From contig NKIB01013045.1 of assembly GCA_002256025.1 (NCBI GenBank), forward strand, positions 1-64,000: a stretch of 64,000 nucleotides of DNA. The letters are read 5' to 3'. The stretch comes from Asterionella formosa. Taxonomy: Eukaryota. Below the pieces are notes generated by a model, which saw only the letters and a list, made by a program, of their open reading frames with translations, did not search any database and had not been told where the DNA came from. Both the position numbers and the translations under genes were made by a program. This document shows, in pieces, positions 1 to 10,883 of this stretch. Positions within the stretch are counted from its first letter, which is position 1. Each line of letters begins with the position of its first letter.

Positions 1-602
1 CAACCCAGACAGAATTGAATGCCGCAAACAAAACCAATGGTGTCTTGGTACAAACGAATTGGCGATGCGCCATTACCTGCAACAAAACATCTACTGCTTA
101 CTTACCAGATATATTGATACAATGGGATGTGGCAATGCACCAGTCCCAGTTGCCGGAGCGATACCGCCACCATCAGCCTCAGGTGAAGAGGACAACGAAG
201 ATGAAGTCGTGGTGACAGAAGATTGATTTATGTTGTTCTCGCCAGTGTGGTATGGTACCTGGTACCCTGGTACCGGTACCATACAGCAATTGTTGTATAT
301 AGATATGAAATACCGGTACCGGCATATGATGCGTCCTACATGTAGTGATTCTGCGACGATATTTATTGGGTTTCTAGTGACTACATTCAAAGTAGTCAAT
401 ATGGAATCCTACGTTTAGGTAACTTTTGGGAAGAAAAACCTAAACGTAATGCCTTTGGGTAACTTATTGGGATATGGGCACGGAATCCCCTAAAGGTAAT
501 GCGTTTGCTTTGGGTTTTTCACTCCCGTTAGCATCGTTTTTTAGGGTTACCGAAAACAAAACACTGTTTGGTTTGCGTTTTGGTCCACCGTTAGCAACGG
601 CC
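1..602 (+). mobile_element. Right end of a PIF/Harbinger-like DNA transposon (truncated by the window edge)
   Basis: Frame-2 ORF tail 2..226 (NPDRIEC...EEDNEDEVVVTED*). Subterminal repeats follow (CCGTTAGCA at ~525 and 588). The end CCGTTAGCAACGGCC is followed by TAA (603-605), the Harbinger-type target. Its reverse complement TTA-GGCCGTTGCTAACGG resembles the left end at 10467. Confidence 0.5.
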
Positions 603-605
603 TAA

Positions 606-956
606 TGAGTCACAAGGACTGTGGACTCGACTCTAGTCCAATGAGTCAAATGGTGCGTTCCCATGTCAAGAAGCTTGCTAACGAGATTGATGTCTTAGAT
701 CAATCAGAAGAAGGTTTACATCAACGAAAAGGGAACACGAAGAACAGGTTCTCGAAGTGTGATGAATGGGATTGAAACTTAGTTTTAGTTAAAGCTTATA
801 ATTAAGAAACAGTGAGAATTGACAGAGTAAGGTCAATAGCGAAAACTAGCACGAAGGCTAGCAGCAGAAAGGAGATAACAATACTAGTGATACAACAGGT
901 AAGTCCTACGGAAGAGGAAACCCGTCAGACGGGAAGGAGTACGAGACCTTTGAACA
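606..956 (+). mobile_element. LTR-like repeat, copy 1 (5' part interrupted by the Harbinger end)
   Basis: Aligns by eye with 2377-2700 and 45740-46121 (AAGCTTATAATT, GAAACAGTG..AATTGACAG..AAGGTCAAT..CTAGCA.GAAGGCTAG, GGGAAGGAGTACG). Ends TGAACA. Confidence 0.6.
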
Positions 957-1171
957 CAAGGATGCATGCACGTGTTGGTCAGTGCATTGAATTTTAAGAA
1001 TTCTTTTATTAGTAAATACATTTATATTCGCGAATATGCGTATTAATATTCATAAAATACCGGTATGTGTATATGATAGACTGACACTATGATGTTGTGG
1101 AAGTCATGTCTATTTAGTTGTAGCAGTGGACTTCTCATTTCGGTCCAGCTGACAGATTCGGGACAATATAG

Positions 1172-2148
1172 CTAAATTCTATCGGGGCAGCCTGTGCCCT
1201 TAACTCTGCCATCTTCGAGCGCCAAAGTCACTAGACTGTTATACTTTCGCCCATAGGGTGGCGATAGAAAGTCATCGTGGTACTGATCATGGGTTGGGTT
1301 AGGGGTGTTGGTCACTCAATACAAGTACATCTGCCTTACATCTACTAAATGACTCACCTGGTGGTAAACTTCAGCTTGGTAAAATGGAAATTCTTTCGAG
1401 TCCATCACATATACAATTTGTTTACCCAATGTGTCTGGGTCGTTTCCTTTGCCAGCTTTAAGCGTGAAACCAGCATCAATTGCTGCAGCTTCGATGCCTG
1501 GGTACAACGGATGACCAGGGCCTCCAGGGAGTCCCAATAGAGAACGGTATTCTCCACCACGATCCATCGGGTCAACGCGATCTATCAGACTAGCCGGTTA
1601 GTTGCAAGCCCTTGCGCTACCAACAAACCATTGACTACGCATGTTGTGGGCTTACCTTTCGTTGTGGGGTTGAAGAGACTGAAGTAAACCTTGGCGAAAT
1701 CAACAATTGATTTTTCGGGAATACTCATACCAACGACCTCGCCGTGTCCCATCTTTCCATAGTCAGCAATGTTTTGAAAATTGTGGTAACACACTCTCCC
1801 TTCTTTGTCAAGTTTGGATCCGCCAGCGTATCCGGTGCGGGACGATAGCTGATGGTCGCTTCTTCCCAAAAGCTCTCGCTCTGCTCCAATGAATTCATGC
1901 TGAATGTGCCAAAAGCACCCAACTCCAAAATAAACGTTAGTGAGAAGTTCAGGATCCGCTGAAATAGTACCGGCCTCAGCATGCCGAGGTAAGAAGAGCA
2001 CACTTGTTGCAGCGGCAATCATACTTCCAAGAGCACTACGTCTTGAACTGATTTCGGTGATCTTTCCGACGTATCCCGGTACATTATTAGAGGAATATGC
2101 CTGCACGTGTTGTGTGAGAATAGATGCAAAGACAATAGCGGACTTCAT
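1172..2148 (-). CDS. msrA: Peptide methionine sulfoxide reductase A-like protein, probably plastid-targeted. Exons 2148-1656, 1581-1358, 1282-1172.
   Basis: Motifs YFGVGCFWH, TGYAGG, GHGEVV, GGEYRS and FYQAEVYHQY. GT-AG introns 1655-1582 and 1357-1283 join the ORFs in frame and give the C-terminus GCPDRI*. The N-terminus is signal-peptide-like. Confidence 0.85.
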
Positions 2149-2335
2149 CTTGATCAGGGTGAACAATTTTTCATTGTTTTGTGTCGTGGTCCAATCGAGC
2201 AACGACAAATGGATCTGGTGATATTCTTCTTTCTTACCGGTAATATTTTTTTAATTTATGTAAAGACCTACATGTTATGTGTATTAGAGCGACAGACGTA
2301 TAGATGTATTTATATTTATTCTAACTTGTACCGTG

Positions 2336-2725
2336 TGTCAAGAATATATGATAGTACGGTATATCAATGGCTATTATGAGTCGTCACGAGAATTGTGAAC
2401 TCGATTATAGTCCAATGAATCAAATGGAGCATTCCCATGTCAAGAAACTAGCTGACAAGATTGATGTTTCAGATCAATCAGAAGAAGGTTTGCATCAGCG
2501 AAAAGGGGACACGAAGAACCGGTTCTTAAATTGCGATGACTGGAATTGAACTAGGTTTTTAGAATAAGCTTATTAATTTAAGAAACAGTGAGAATTGACA
2601 GAGAAAGGTCAATAGCAAAAACTAGCAAGGAAGGCTAGCAATGATAGCTATAAGTACAAGTACTACAACAGGTACGTTATACTTAAGGCGATAACCGCAT
2701 ACAGGAAGTAGTATGAAAGCCATGT
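2336..2725 (+). mobile_element. LTR-like repeat, copy 2
   Basis: Starts TGTCAAGAATAT, the same as 45726. Clearly similar to 606-950. The 3' boundary is uncertain. Confidence 0.55.
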
Positions 2726-2939
2726 CGTATGATTGCTGAGGAAGGCAGTACACAACTGAGGTGGTCTCATGCGCTTGCGTGACAAGTGTGTGCACAAGTA
2801 TAGCATGCAAAGACATGTAGTGGCCACCAAGAAGAAAGGGTATTTAATTGAGCAAATTCACAACATATTAGCTATCTTAATGCCATTTGATTATCTACTT
2901 CCCACACACACAGAGAAAAAATGTAATTCTCAGCATCAT

Positions 2940-4330
2940 GCTATTGCCCATCATGTAAAATATATCTTGTGTATTTCCTAATACCTCATTCACATCGAAA
3001 TTTGAAATGGTGGGTCCAATACTGCCCATCATTAAAACATTTTTTTAATATATTTCATATGTTACCATTTCCTTTGGCAATAAAGTTTACGCCAATTGCC
3101 CCTAGGTTCATCATGCCTGGGATCATTGCCGAAATTTGCAGGGTTCTTCTCAAGGAAACCATTTTACATGGTGGTGCTCTACAGATTTGATTGTTATATA
3201 TCTAGAATTCACCTCCTTTTTGTTTGTCCCTGAAAAGTGACTGCGGCAATTCACCTTTCACCATGCCGATCATCATCCATCATGCCCAGTCTGAGGCGAA
3301 ATTAGTCCATTGATGAAACCAGTAGCAATTCGTCATCAAACTGATGCAGTTGGTTGTTTGTTGACTCGGCTTCTGGTGGGATTCATGTTCACGCCAGTCA
3401 TACTTGCTTAATGGAAATTCTAGTCATGTAGCCTACATACGTACAGGGTAATAAAAATAACCATGCATGGTTTAAGCTAAACTTTAATGCATACTTTGAA
3501 CATGTTATGATAATTATGCTATAGACTCAGTATTGTCTCACTAGGAGACCATTATGTTAAATTAAACTGCTCCACATATTCATTGATTTTAGGTACGCCT
3601 AATTTCTTCCTCACAATTACAATTCTCACTCTATCCTGCCAGCCATTGCTCAATCTGGGCTTCCATCAGGGGGACCTTTTGACTTTTGATTGCTCCCATC
3701 ATCTGCTACTTCATATGCTAGTAAGAGCGCCGGTTCAGTGAGTATAGCACCGAAGCACAGAATGTGCTAAGTAGATGCTACTTGTCTGATTTGCGATTTG
3801 ATTCCTTTTTTAAATTTTTTGATCTTTTCAATCATTTGTAATTGTAATATATTGTCGCTTCGGTTCGATTGTATCTATTTATTTAAGGGTCGACGTAGCT
3901 ACTGGTCAACAATAAAGAATGATTCGCTCAATAGGGGGAGTTGATAGAGGAGCAGCCTGGCGATTACGCACAGAATGAAATGAACAGGATTTCTTGGGGG
4001 TTCAGGGTGGAAGGACTGCTACTTGTATTTTACTATCAATGCATATGGTTTCAATGACCACATCAGCTGCTCTATAATAAAATATAGATCTCAATTGGGT
4101 TCAGGGAATTAATTTCTTTTCTGTGCTTTTTCGTCCTTCGATTGTGTGATGAAAAGTCAACGCTGCTGCCTGTGTTGTAAGTTCTATTACTACAATTCAT
4201 TTGCCTCCTCAGAAATTATGTTTTTTACTTCAGTTTTAGCCAAAACAATTTTTTATTTCTCACATGATGCTACATATTCCATAACTTATCATACTTTTGT
4301 TGCTCCAAACATCATGCTCAATCTTTATTC
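2940..4330. mobile_element. Unclassified decayed dispersed repeat, copy A
   Basis: 3248-3890 is the reverse complement of ~26280-27000, and 4050-4330 matches 37370-37640 and the reverse complement of 25670-25930. A stop-interrupted coding remnant lies on the minus strand. Confidence 0.65.
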
Positions 4331-4945
4331 ATATTGTAATTTAAATTTATTCTTGTGTGTTCGATGCTTGAATGTAAACACTCGATTTTCATCATATCTG
4401 TGGCGAGCAATAGCAGAAAGTAACATCAACTTTTCAATTTGATCTTTGTGTTTTGTCCTATGAATGGGTCCCCTTACCTCCTGAACATAGAACCATTTTT
4501 CATCGACACCAACCTGACCTTAAAAGCCGCTGCAAAATCCAAACTTGCCTGGGTCAAAAACCAAAGGGTGAGGGGCAAAGGGCGAAGGGTGAAGTTGTTC
4601 ACTAGAGGTGGAGTGCTGGTAGTGGGAGCACTGCTGATGTAGTCAGCAGACTTCTATTTTCCTAGATCACACTACCCCAGTAAGTGGTATCGATACTGCC
4701 AATTTACTGTTCATAGGTTGCCATAAAGTGCGATGTAACTAAATGGTAGGATCAAGAGAGAGGGAGCTCTATATATGCAAGGGTTACTGGCGGTATGAGC
4801 ACATTTTAAAGGGCATATTTCCTACCAAGGGAACCATGCTTCTATATCGACTGAGCAGACCAGTTTTGTCAAAAGAAAGGAAGTAATAATAAAAACTAGA
4901 GCTACAGTAGATTGTACTCGTCAAACCATGTATTGCTTTCGTGCA

Positions 4946-6004
4946 CTAAAAAAATACTTTCAATAGGTTGTATAGAGTAAAGCCTAGGATACCCAGCTTC
5001 CACACTTCCTGTGTTCGTACTTGCGCAATAAATAACTCTGGCGAAAAACTTCCGTCTGCATTTGTACCAATTTCCATAACAGTTCGATACAAATAAAACG
5101 CACTCATGGCCTGCGAAAAGCCAAGTTTGGAAATGAACGACCGTTTAGGTGGAGTTGCCATGTTGGAAGGGACAGGCGTGTATCCACCAGTTGCAAACTC
5201 TTGATCGAGCTCCGCGTCCATCTCTGCCAGCTTGCGGGCTTCTATCAATGCTTGCAACGACGAAAACTCAAAATTCTTTCCAGCGGAAGCGTCGTCAAAT
5301 CCAAGTTTATATGCTTCTTCTAGTTGTACTTTCGAAATGGCAACCAGTGGAGCCGACGTTGCAGAACCCTTTGCGACCGCAGCAGCTGCCTTGCGCGCAC
5401 CACTAGAAAATATCAATGATTGCAAGCAAAGGAGCACCATTAAAGCCACAATGCCAGTCGCCATCGTATTGTTGATCTTTCCTTTCAGAAATGGAACAGA
5501 CTGCTCGATTGCTTCTCGTGATCGCATAGGAAAGTTGCGGAGTACAGTTTTGTAGTCAGATCCATTCACAAGGTCCGGACCGGCCACGACAAGAATTAGT
5601 AATGCGGTACTCAACAACATGAGAGTCTTGGTGAACCCAAATAAGAGCACACCCGCAATGATAGTAGCGAAAATAATTCCCGCAACGTATTCTGGCTTGA
5701 TTCCCAGCTTGCTTTGCACGAGATTGTAATACTTCGTAACTTCCCCTTTCACACGAGGATCACGTCTCAATTGCTCGTATTGTGCCTTATAGCTCTCAAT
5801 CGTCGACGCTCTGACTAGGTTCTCTGGTTTCAAAGCCATCGTATGCTGGTCAATTACCATATGGACTAAATAACGCCCTCGACTGACGTCAAACTGAACC
5901 GCTATGCCAAGAAGACCATTTACTTCTGGACGGGAGGTGTTGATGACTTTGACGACTGTCGAAGGCGGGTTTGAGAGGAACGAAGAAGGATCAGAGGGCA
6001 ACAT
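4946..6004 (-). CDS. Hypothetical membrane protein, 352 aa
   Basis: Long intronless ORF. It has an N-terminal SH3/KOW-like segment (RPEVNGLLG..GRYLV..LKPENL), several hydrophobic helices and an AYKLGFDDA motif. Confidence 0.85.
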   Translation of the reverse strand: MLPSDPSSFLSNPPSTVVKVINTSRPEVNGLLGIAVQFDVSRGRYLVHMVIDQHTMALKPENLVRASTIESYKAQYEQLRRDPRVKGEVTKYYNLVQSKLGIKPEYVAGIIFATIIAGVLLFGFTKTLMLLSTALLILVVAGPDLVNGSDYKTVLRNFPMRSREAIEQSVPFLKGKINNTMATGIVALMVLLCLQSLIFSSGARKAAAAVAKGSATSAPLVAISKVQLEEAYKLGFDDASAGKNFEFSSLQALIEARKLAEMDAELDQEFATGGYTPVPSNMATPPKRSFISKLGFSQAMSAFYLYRTVMEIGTNADGSFSPELFIAQVRTQEVWKLGILGFTLYNLLKVFF

Positions 6005-6648
6005 GGGAGAAACTTTTCAATGAGATGGCTTCTGCAACCATCTGATTTTGAATGGAGCGAAGCAATTACCGGTGGTATCATGTACGAATCCTTTGCTTCG
6101 AACAGCATCCTCACCAAAGTACCAGTGAATACGGGGATGTACTACCGGTAGGTTAGGTTGCTATGATGTACTATCTATATTACATAGAGTTCATAATTTG
6201 CTTGGTATTCAATTCGCTGAGAGACAAGGGGCAATAGCGCACCATGCATCATGCATGAATGTGATGACGTTACTTTATGTGCCCTGGTACCGGTACCGGT
6301 ACCTGGTACCAGGACCATGGAACCGGAACCTGGTACCGTAAAACCTGGTGTCTAGTAAGTATCCCCCCATTACCTGTATCCCCTTTGTACATCTGGCACA
6401 ACACTCCCAAATATAATGTCTACAGAAAAAATGACAGTGTATTATTGTATTCTGGTTATTTGTTAATGTATTTATATTATATATGCAGGCAAATCACCAC
6501 AACATGTCTGTGTTCATCTGTTGTATGTGTCTTGCATACGACAAGCATCGTGTGATCCAGACCGGACAGGCGAGAGCAAAAAAGAAACCTTGTGTGAAAT
6601 GCTTTGTTGCATTTTCGGCCCAGCATGAACCACCACAACCTCGTTATT

Positions 6649-7806
6649 ATGCATGTTCGCCTTCTCTTCTCTAGCACCTTAGTGCTGTTTCTGACGATGA
6701 GTGAATCGTTTTTATTGCAACCTTCGCTGCTTACTGCCAAAGTTTGTGCACATAAATGCGCCCTGTTTTCTAGCAGTGACGACGCTTCCCGCTATAGACA
6801 ACAAGCTGAACGCCTTCGTGAACAGATTCGTAAAATGGAAGAGCAGCTTTTGAAAGACCGCCCTCGAAACTACGATCTTGCGCCCTCTGATTTCACCAAC
6901 ATAGACGACGAGTTCATGAGCCTCAAAGGCAAGCGCATCCTTGTAACTGGTGCAAACGGCAGGCTCGGTTCGATGGTCTGTCGATATTTGTTGCGGAATC
7001 ACCCTCAAACTGAAGTTGTAGCAGCTGTTCATTATGTAGGTGAAAACTCGTCAACAGCTCGCGGTTATGGTAGATTAGCATACGAAATCGGTGCCGAAGA
7101 TGGGGTTGGAACAATCGGACCGGCCTGGAGTGCAGAAGAACGAACGGCCTCGTTTCGGTACTCTGATGAAATGAAGGATTATAATTTGCAGAATATTCGA
7201 TTGGTAGAAGTAGAACTGTTGGATCAGATTCAATGCAACAGTATCATGGAAGGGGTGGATTCAGTAATTTGGTGCGCCACTGATTTTAACGGGAACAAAC
7301 CACGGGCTGTGTCAGGGTTAAACGTTGCCTTTTTATTTCGAGCCATCGTCGACCCAATGAAGGGAAGAGTAGAAATCGAAGGTTTCCGAAATATACTGGG
7401 TAGCCTCAAACAAGAACTTCAATCGAGAAGGGGGAAGGAGGGATCTTCGAGGTCAGCCCTGAAGAATCATAACCCTGTCAACATTGTTCTAGTATCAGCG
7501 ACTCCCGAAGCCTACAACGATTTCGAGACTCCCTTTGGTTCATTTAATGGGCTCAAAAGGCAAGCAGAAACAATGCTACATGAAGATTTTCCTAGTTTGA
7601 CATACGTTGTGTTACAAATGGCGAAGTTTGAAGACAATGTTGTGGATGAGGGCCTCGTTATCCTCACTGATGATGGAAATTGTGGCTCAGTTATAAATTC
7701 CCGACGAAGGATTAATAGAAGAGATGCCGCAAGAGCAGCGAGTGATGCGTTAATAGACAATGCGAAAATCGGAAAAGTGGTTCAGGTTTACACTACTTTA
7801 AAATGA
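6649..7806 (+). CDS. NAD(P)-binding Rossmann-fold (atypical SDR/NmrA/Tic62-like) protein, probably plastid-targeted
   Basis: Motifs ILVTGANGRLG, GVDSVIWCA, VEIEG.RN and INRRDAARA. A signal peptide ending SES-F-LLQP resembles the diatom ASAFAP motif. ATG 6649 is preferred over the ORF-caller start at 6604. Confidence 0.88.
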   Translation: MHVRLLFSSTLVLFLTMSESFLLQPSLLTAKVCAHKCALFSSSDDASRYRQQAERLREQIRKMEEQLLKDRPRNYDLAPSDFTNIDDEFMSLKGKRILVTGANGRLGSMVCRYLLRNHPQTEVVAAVHYVGENSSTARGYGRLAYEIGAEDGVGTIGPAWSAEERTASFRYSDEMKDYNLQNIRLVEVELLDQIQCNSIMEGVDSVIWCATDFNGNKPRAVSGLNVAFLFRAIVDPMKGRVEIEGFRNILGSLKQELQSRRGKEGSSRSALKNHNPVNIVLVSATPEAYNDFETPFGSFNGLKRQAETMLHEDFPSLTYVVLQMAKFEDNVVDEGLVILTDDGNCGSVINSRRRINRRDAARAASDALIDNAKIGKVVQVYTTLK

Positions 7807-8547
7807 ACACACTGACTTAACTCCTAATCCCGTAGATCGCACTTGATGTGCCACAATCCACCCTTGTGTCCTCATCAGGTACTTGAATATAGAGCGCTGA
7901 ACTAGCTATTCTATAAATGTATAGACCTAATATTATGCTTTGTGTTGTAGTCACGGCCTCGCTGGCCCACTAGAAGAACTATGAGTGGTACAAAAACAAT
8001 GCAATTGATACTCTATATGCTGTGGTGGAGCTGCTTCCCATTCCATCGGAGGAGTGGTAGCCATAGCCGTTTTCGAGTTCAACATTCTAGCTTACAGAAT
8101 GTTGCTCCTGGTGAAAGACCTAAAGTTTCGAGCTTCTTGACTGCGTAAGATGACAAATGAATGCTTGTGCCTATTCATGTTACGAACTGCAACGGAAATA
8201 AATGGTCAGACAGGTACTCGACAGGAAAACAAACTGCAAACCAACATGATTCAATGAACTACAGAAGAAGAGAGTATGCAACATTTCTTGATCATATTAC
8301 GAAGGATAATGCTCTTACTCTCTGAAATTCGCTTTCGAACAAAATTAGAAATCTCGTAGTCTCAATTTTTCTTCAAGTTATTTGTAGATACTGTACTTTA
8401 CCCATACATTCTTCATCAGATTTTGTCTTGACAATCACATTTTTTCGTGTATTCCTTCTAAAGATGTTCAATTCGGATGGACTATGAATACGAAAAAGAA
8501 ACAGCTATTGCTAGAATATATTTGTTGCTGCGTTTGGTATGATTACA

Positions 8548-9966
8548 CTACCAGTGATCCGTATTCATATCCTCGCTACCGGTTTCGGTGATATATTTCG
8601 ACTGTTCATTCGCTGAAATATTATCCTTGGCCACACCATTATTACTCGTGACCATTGCCAGGCAGATTGGTGACATGGCCCCAAAGTTTGGCGGATACTT
8701 GACCCGGCTGCTGGCAAAGCGCCGGGCATACAAACCATCAGATTTTGGCTCACGTCGAACAAGATTTGCGAGAAGAGGGCGACCCCTTAGAAAGTATTCA
8801 TGATAATAGCCACCCGCCTCGGGCCCTTCACATATTCGCTTGAACCCGTACACGTTTAGCTGTCGTTTGAAACTTTCAAGCCTAGTTTGATGGAAGTATC
8901 TCTGCATGACTTTGCTAGAAAACCTATGCCCGTCGAAGATCTTGAAGGACCTCCCGTGGGCAAAGAAAGCTACCAATTCATGATCATCGACTTCGACTAG
9001 CATTCTATACAATTTCACAGGAAAGGATTCCATTTGTGATCCACGTGACCGCAGGTTCATCAATTGTTTCTCAGTTGGGTCAGGCATGGGGGAAACGTCG
9101 GTGTATGTCCCATCATTTGTAACAAATGAAGTAGCTGGCAAAAAAACATTTGATTCTTTTGATTCTATAGAGCTTCCTTTTCGAATTAAAGAATTGGACT
9201 GGGGAGAAGTTAGATTTGACCTGGAAATAAGTTCCCGTGGGGACTCGCTTTGCTGAGGTCGATGGTTGTTGTCGTATGAAGAAAGGTCTGTGGACCAGGG
9301 AAAACCAGTGATTTGTTGTCTCCTAGACGGGAGATAGAGAGTGTGAGCATCCACAAGTGCTGACCATTCAAGGAGCTGAGTGGCGTGGCGATTGAAGTCA
9401 ATTCCGAGACTACTACCACCGGTCATGGGCTTTTTGCGCAAAACGGGGTTGGTAGCGAGATTGTCCATCGCTGACACTACCAGAGCCTCACGTCGAAGCA
9501 CTTTGGTGTTCTCTACTAGTTCTCTTCCCATAAAAGCTACTCGATGAGCAAGAAAGTCCCGGTAAGAATGGTCAATTATTGCCTTTTTCGACAACAATTG
9601 AGAAAATTCATTCTCCCGACGAGTCAAGCAGATCGATTCGCGATAGTGATCGCCTGCTGCAAGGCCTGTTGGAGCAGGATTCATCACAGAGCCTGTATCC
9701 GATAGCCTTGGATGTCTAGATAGCAATATGAGATCAGCGGCAGCCTCGGAATCAAAGAATGAACCTGTTTGGGACAAATACTCTGGTTTTGATGAGAATC
9801 GCGGCATTCGTTCAAGTGCGGCTTCCTGACCTATTCGATAATCAGCAACACCTGTATCTATCACTTCCTGAAATGATTTCGGTGTCGTCAACCCAGTTGA
9901 TGCCAGTTTCGAGGCTACGCTTTCAGACGTAACTTCAATCCTACTTTTTTCAATCGAAATTTCCAT
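8548..9966 (-). CDS. HSF-type DNA-binding transcription factor
   Basis: C-terminal HSF domain: SFPVKLYRML..HGRSFKI..QRYFHQTRLESFKRQLNVYGFKRI..GGYYHEYFLRGRP. First real ATG at 9966. Confidence 0.92.
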   Translation of the reverse strand: MEISIEKSRIEVTSESVASKLASTGLTTPKSFQEVIDTGVADYRIGQEAALERMPRFSSKPEYLSQTGSFFDSEAAADLILLSRHPRLSDTGSVMNPAPTGLAAGDHYRESICLTRRENEFSQLLSKKAIIDHSYRDFLAHRVAFMGRELVENTKVLRREALVVSAMDNLATNPVLRKKPMTGGSSLGIDFNRHATQLLEWSALVDAHTLYLPSRRQQITGFPWSTDLSSYDNNHRPQQSESPRELISRSNLTSPQSNSLIRKGSSIESKESNVFLPATSFVTNDGTYTDVSPMPDPTEKQLMNLRSRGSQMESFPVKLYRMLVEVDDHELVAFFAHGRSFKIFDGHRFSSKVMQRYFHQTRLESFKRQLNVYGFKRICEGPEAGGYYHEYFLRGRPLLANLVRREPKSDGLYARRFASSRVKYPPNFGAMSPICLAMVTSNNGVAKDNISANEQSKYITETGSEDMNTDHW

Positions 9967-10883
9967 CTCTAGAATTGGTTTGTGGTCTGTACTTCTTTGT
10001 TCGTGTTTGTGTGAAGGACTTTGTGTGTGTGTGTGTGTGCATGAAGGATGGTTTATTGCTTTTTTGTGTTTCAATTTAATCCTATCGGTATCTCACAGAA
10101 ATGCCAGAATATATATATATACCAAAGTCGTTCTTCGCATCCACTTTTCTTATGTCATCAACCTACCGGTAAGGTACTGTAATCGGGACGAAACACTCAC
10201 ATGGTTCGTTTAAAGTTATGATCACGTCCTTGGTTCGAGTACCAGTGTACACATGGTACCGTATATTTTCCTTCTTCCGATCGATGACAGCGTGCTGTGA
10301 TCGCTGAGGAGACCAGTTGCTCGTGCTTGCGGATATATTCCACTCTGAGCGACTGTTTGTATCATTAGTAGTACTATTCAGGGCTAAATATATATATATC
10401 TGATATTTGAAATCTTATTGCACGCGCTATTTACCACGAATTCATGGCAATTCACATGCATTGTCCTTAGGCGCCCCCGTCTTACGGTGCCCGAAATACG
10501 AAGATTGAGTCGCCCGGATACCTGTTGGGCGTTAAATCTTCGTAATTTTGTCCCTTACGGGCTAAATAACTCGCAAATCCCCCCCCGATTACCAATATTA
10601 AACTTCGTTCGCCCGACTACTTCGAGGGTCATCCCCGATATTGACCCAATCTTCCTATTTTCTTGAACAATCTACGTTTCCCGAAGATTAATCTTCGGGA
10701 AAAAGAAGATTGTCTCCACCAATCAGAATGTCGGAAACAATATATAATCGTCATCAGATATACTGATGATATAGTATTCGATACTTCGATACTTCTATTG
10801 TAGTATTATTGTCATTATTATTAGATATTTTTAAAATAATAATTCTTACTTTTAATATTTTTGTTGTGATAATAATTTGTAAC

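Noticed and set aside
10023..10039. (GT)n tract as an HSF N-terminal extension
   Set aside because: The ORF-caller start at 10074 is not ATG. The tract is more likely a 5' UTR microsatellite.
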